Assembly (NCBI GenBank): GCA_051294375.1
Contig: CM119263.1
Span: 24,780,688 to 24,844,687, forward strand
Source of the DNA: Paraspadella gotoi
Taxonomy: Eukaryota > Animalia > Chaetognatha
DNA: 64,000 nucleotides
Reading direction: 5' to 3'
Below, one piece after another: positions 62,304 through 64,000 of this stretch. The notes beneath the pieces were generated by a model that ran no database searches, was not told the origin of the DNA, and saw nothing but the letters and a program-made list of their open reading frames with translations. The position numbers and the translations under genes were made by a program. Each line of letters opens with the position of its first letter. Position 1 is the stretch's first letter.

Positions 62304-63773
62304 TTATAGTGAGTTTTCTGCAACTTTTTCCGCAACTTTTCCAGCAGCTTCCCCCTCAGCTTTTCCAGCAGCTTCTCTCACAATTTTTTCCGCAACTTTT
62401 CCAGCAGCTTTTTCCGTAACTTTTTCCGCGATATTTTCTGCTACTTCTTCTTCGACTTTTTCGCCAACTTCTTCAGCCACTTCTTTCTCAGAATCATCTT
62501 CAACTTTTTCAGCCACTTCATTTTCAGCAACTTCTCCTTCAGCAACTTTTTCTTCCGGATCTACTTTCTGTTCCAACAGCCTGGGCACGAGAGATGATCC
62601 AGTTCTGTAAATGGGTTCTGGCGGCGCACATGTCGGCACTGGCGCGGCGCGGCGCTCCTCTTGGCGGCGCTCCTCTCGGCGGCGCTCCTCCCGGCGGCTT
62701 TCCTCCCAGCGGCGCTCCTCCCGGCGGCGCTCTTTCAATTGGAACTCCTCAAGTCGGTACTCCTCCAAACGGCACTCATGGCGGCGCTCCTCTCGGCGGC
62801 GCTCTTTCAATCGGCACTCATCCATGTGGCACTCCTCCCGGCGGCGATCCTCTCGTTTACAAGAACAATTACAAGACTCACACGGCGGTGATAATCCGAT
62901 AAACGACGACGGTATTCTGATAACCGGTGTAACATGTGACTCAGCAGCTTTTTCTGGTGACTCAGGACGCGGCGGCGGCGGCGGCGGGCGAGCCGGCGGC
63001 TCACTCGGCTTTAACGGGATCGACGGGGGCACGAACGGCTGTACGGGCGGCGGAACTGGAATCGGTATGGGTTTCAGCGCGGATAACGGCATGTACGGCG
63101 GCGGTACCTCCGGCGGCGTTACTATCGGCGCGGCGGCGAGTAACTCGATCATTTTTCTCCCCATCTCTTGAAAACGTAAGAAAAAACTTCGACCTTGAAC
63201 TTCTCCCTCGTTATCCTTTTCTGTTCCCGACTCCCTTACCGCGGATATTATTGTCTTTGGTACAGTTGTCGACGCTGCATCTTCGTTAACCGGATCGCTG
63301 TGGTTCATCTCTTCGTTCCGACGGACCTCTCGGCGGCGCTCCTCGATGCGTCGTTGCTCAAGGCGGCGTGCTTCCAAGCGGCACTCCTCGCGGCGGCGCT
63401 CCTTCAGGCGCTCCTCGTAGCAACGCTCATCATGACGGCGCAGTTTTTCTTTCACTATTCTTTCCTCCTTTTCGATTCTTAGTTCCCTCGCCTCTAACTC
63501 TATCCTCCTTTCCTCCAATGCTATATTCGCTCTCTCATTCTCCACTTTATCCAGAACGAGTAGCAGCCTTTGACGAACTGTCTCACGAGATGATTTGGAC
63601 GACGTACGGGACGCTGGTTTCATCGACGGCGGAGCACTAATCTTTGACTTGACGGATTTCTCCGTGCGGATCGGCGATACGGGAATGTCGGGCGACGCTT
63701 CCAGCCCAACAATTATCTTCCTCTTTGGTTTTCTCTCTTTCTTTTTTGCTTTTTGTTCTCTCTTCTCCTTCAT
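62304..63773 (-). CDS. Low-complexity Glu/Arg/Pro-rich hypothetical protein (489 aa)
   Basis: Long uninterrupted ORF with 15-nt ERRRE-type repeats, a Pro-rich linker and 12-nt EKVA repeats. No family recognised. Confidence 0.45.
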   Translation of the reverse strand: MKEKREQKAKKKERKPKRKIIVGLEASPDIPVSPIRTEKSVKSKISAPPSMKPASRTSSKSSRETVRQRLLLVLDKVENERANIALEERRIELEARELRIEKEERIVKEKLRRHDERCYEERLKERRREECRLEARRLEQRRIEERRREVRRNEEMNHSDPVNEDAASTTVPKTIISAVRESGTEKDNEGEVQGRSFFLRFQEMGRKMIELLAAAPIVTPPEVPPPYMPLSALKPIPIPVPPPVQPFVPPSIPLKPSEPPARPPPPPPRPESPEKAAESHVTPVIRIPSSFIGLSPPCESCNCSCKREDRRREECHMDECRLKERRREERRHECRLEEYRLEEFQLKERRREERRWEESRREERRREERRQEERRAAPVPTCAPPEPIYRTGSSLVPRLLEQKVDPEEKVAEGEVAENEVAEKVEDDSEKEVAEEVGEKVEEEVAENIAEKVTEKAAGKVAEKIVREAAGKAEGEAAGKVAEKVAENSL

Positions 63774-64000
63774 ATTTCTCTTTCTCTATTTTCTCTATTT
63801 CCCTTTCCCTCCTCTTTTCCTTTCTCCTTTTCCTCCTCCTTCTCCTCTTCCTCCCTCCTCTTTTCATTTTCTATCCCAAACCGGGAGTTCGATCGAAGTT
63901 CCTCGACGATTTATAATTCAATTAAATGAGGAGTCGAGATGCCCAAACGCGGAATAGAAGAGCCACCCCATCGCCAACTAGATTCTCGATCGCTCTCTCT

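Overview
This is an AT-rich eukaryotic (probably invertebrate animal) scaffold with gaps and many indel-type errors. About 50 kb is dominated by an endogenous Polinton/adintovirus-like DNA virus present as two diverged lineages. Lineage A lies at 1-13.5 kb, with near-identical re-copies at 39.8-48.2 kb. Lineage B lies at 32.4-39.8 kb and 48.2-51.2 kb. The element encodes a parvovirus-NS1/Rep-like SF3 helicase, a protein-primed family B DNA polymerase with unusual motifs, a Polinton-type major capsid protein, a protamine-like basic protein, a linker-histone-H1-like (H15) protein, a protein ending in a CCCF tail and a polyQ/acidic protein. Several of these genes carry short GT-AG introns. No integrase, packaging ATPase, protease or penton was recognised in the window. 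The viral DNA has been invaded by a Helentron-type non-autonomous element (HINE/DINE-1-like) and by a BEL/Pao LTR retrotransposon. Large near-identical duplications are probably at least partly assembly artefacts. All family assignments come from motif recognition by eye; no searches were run.
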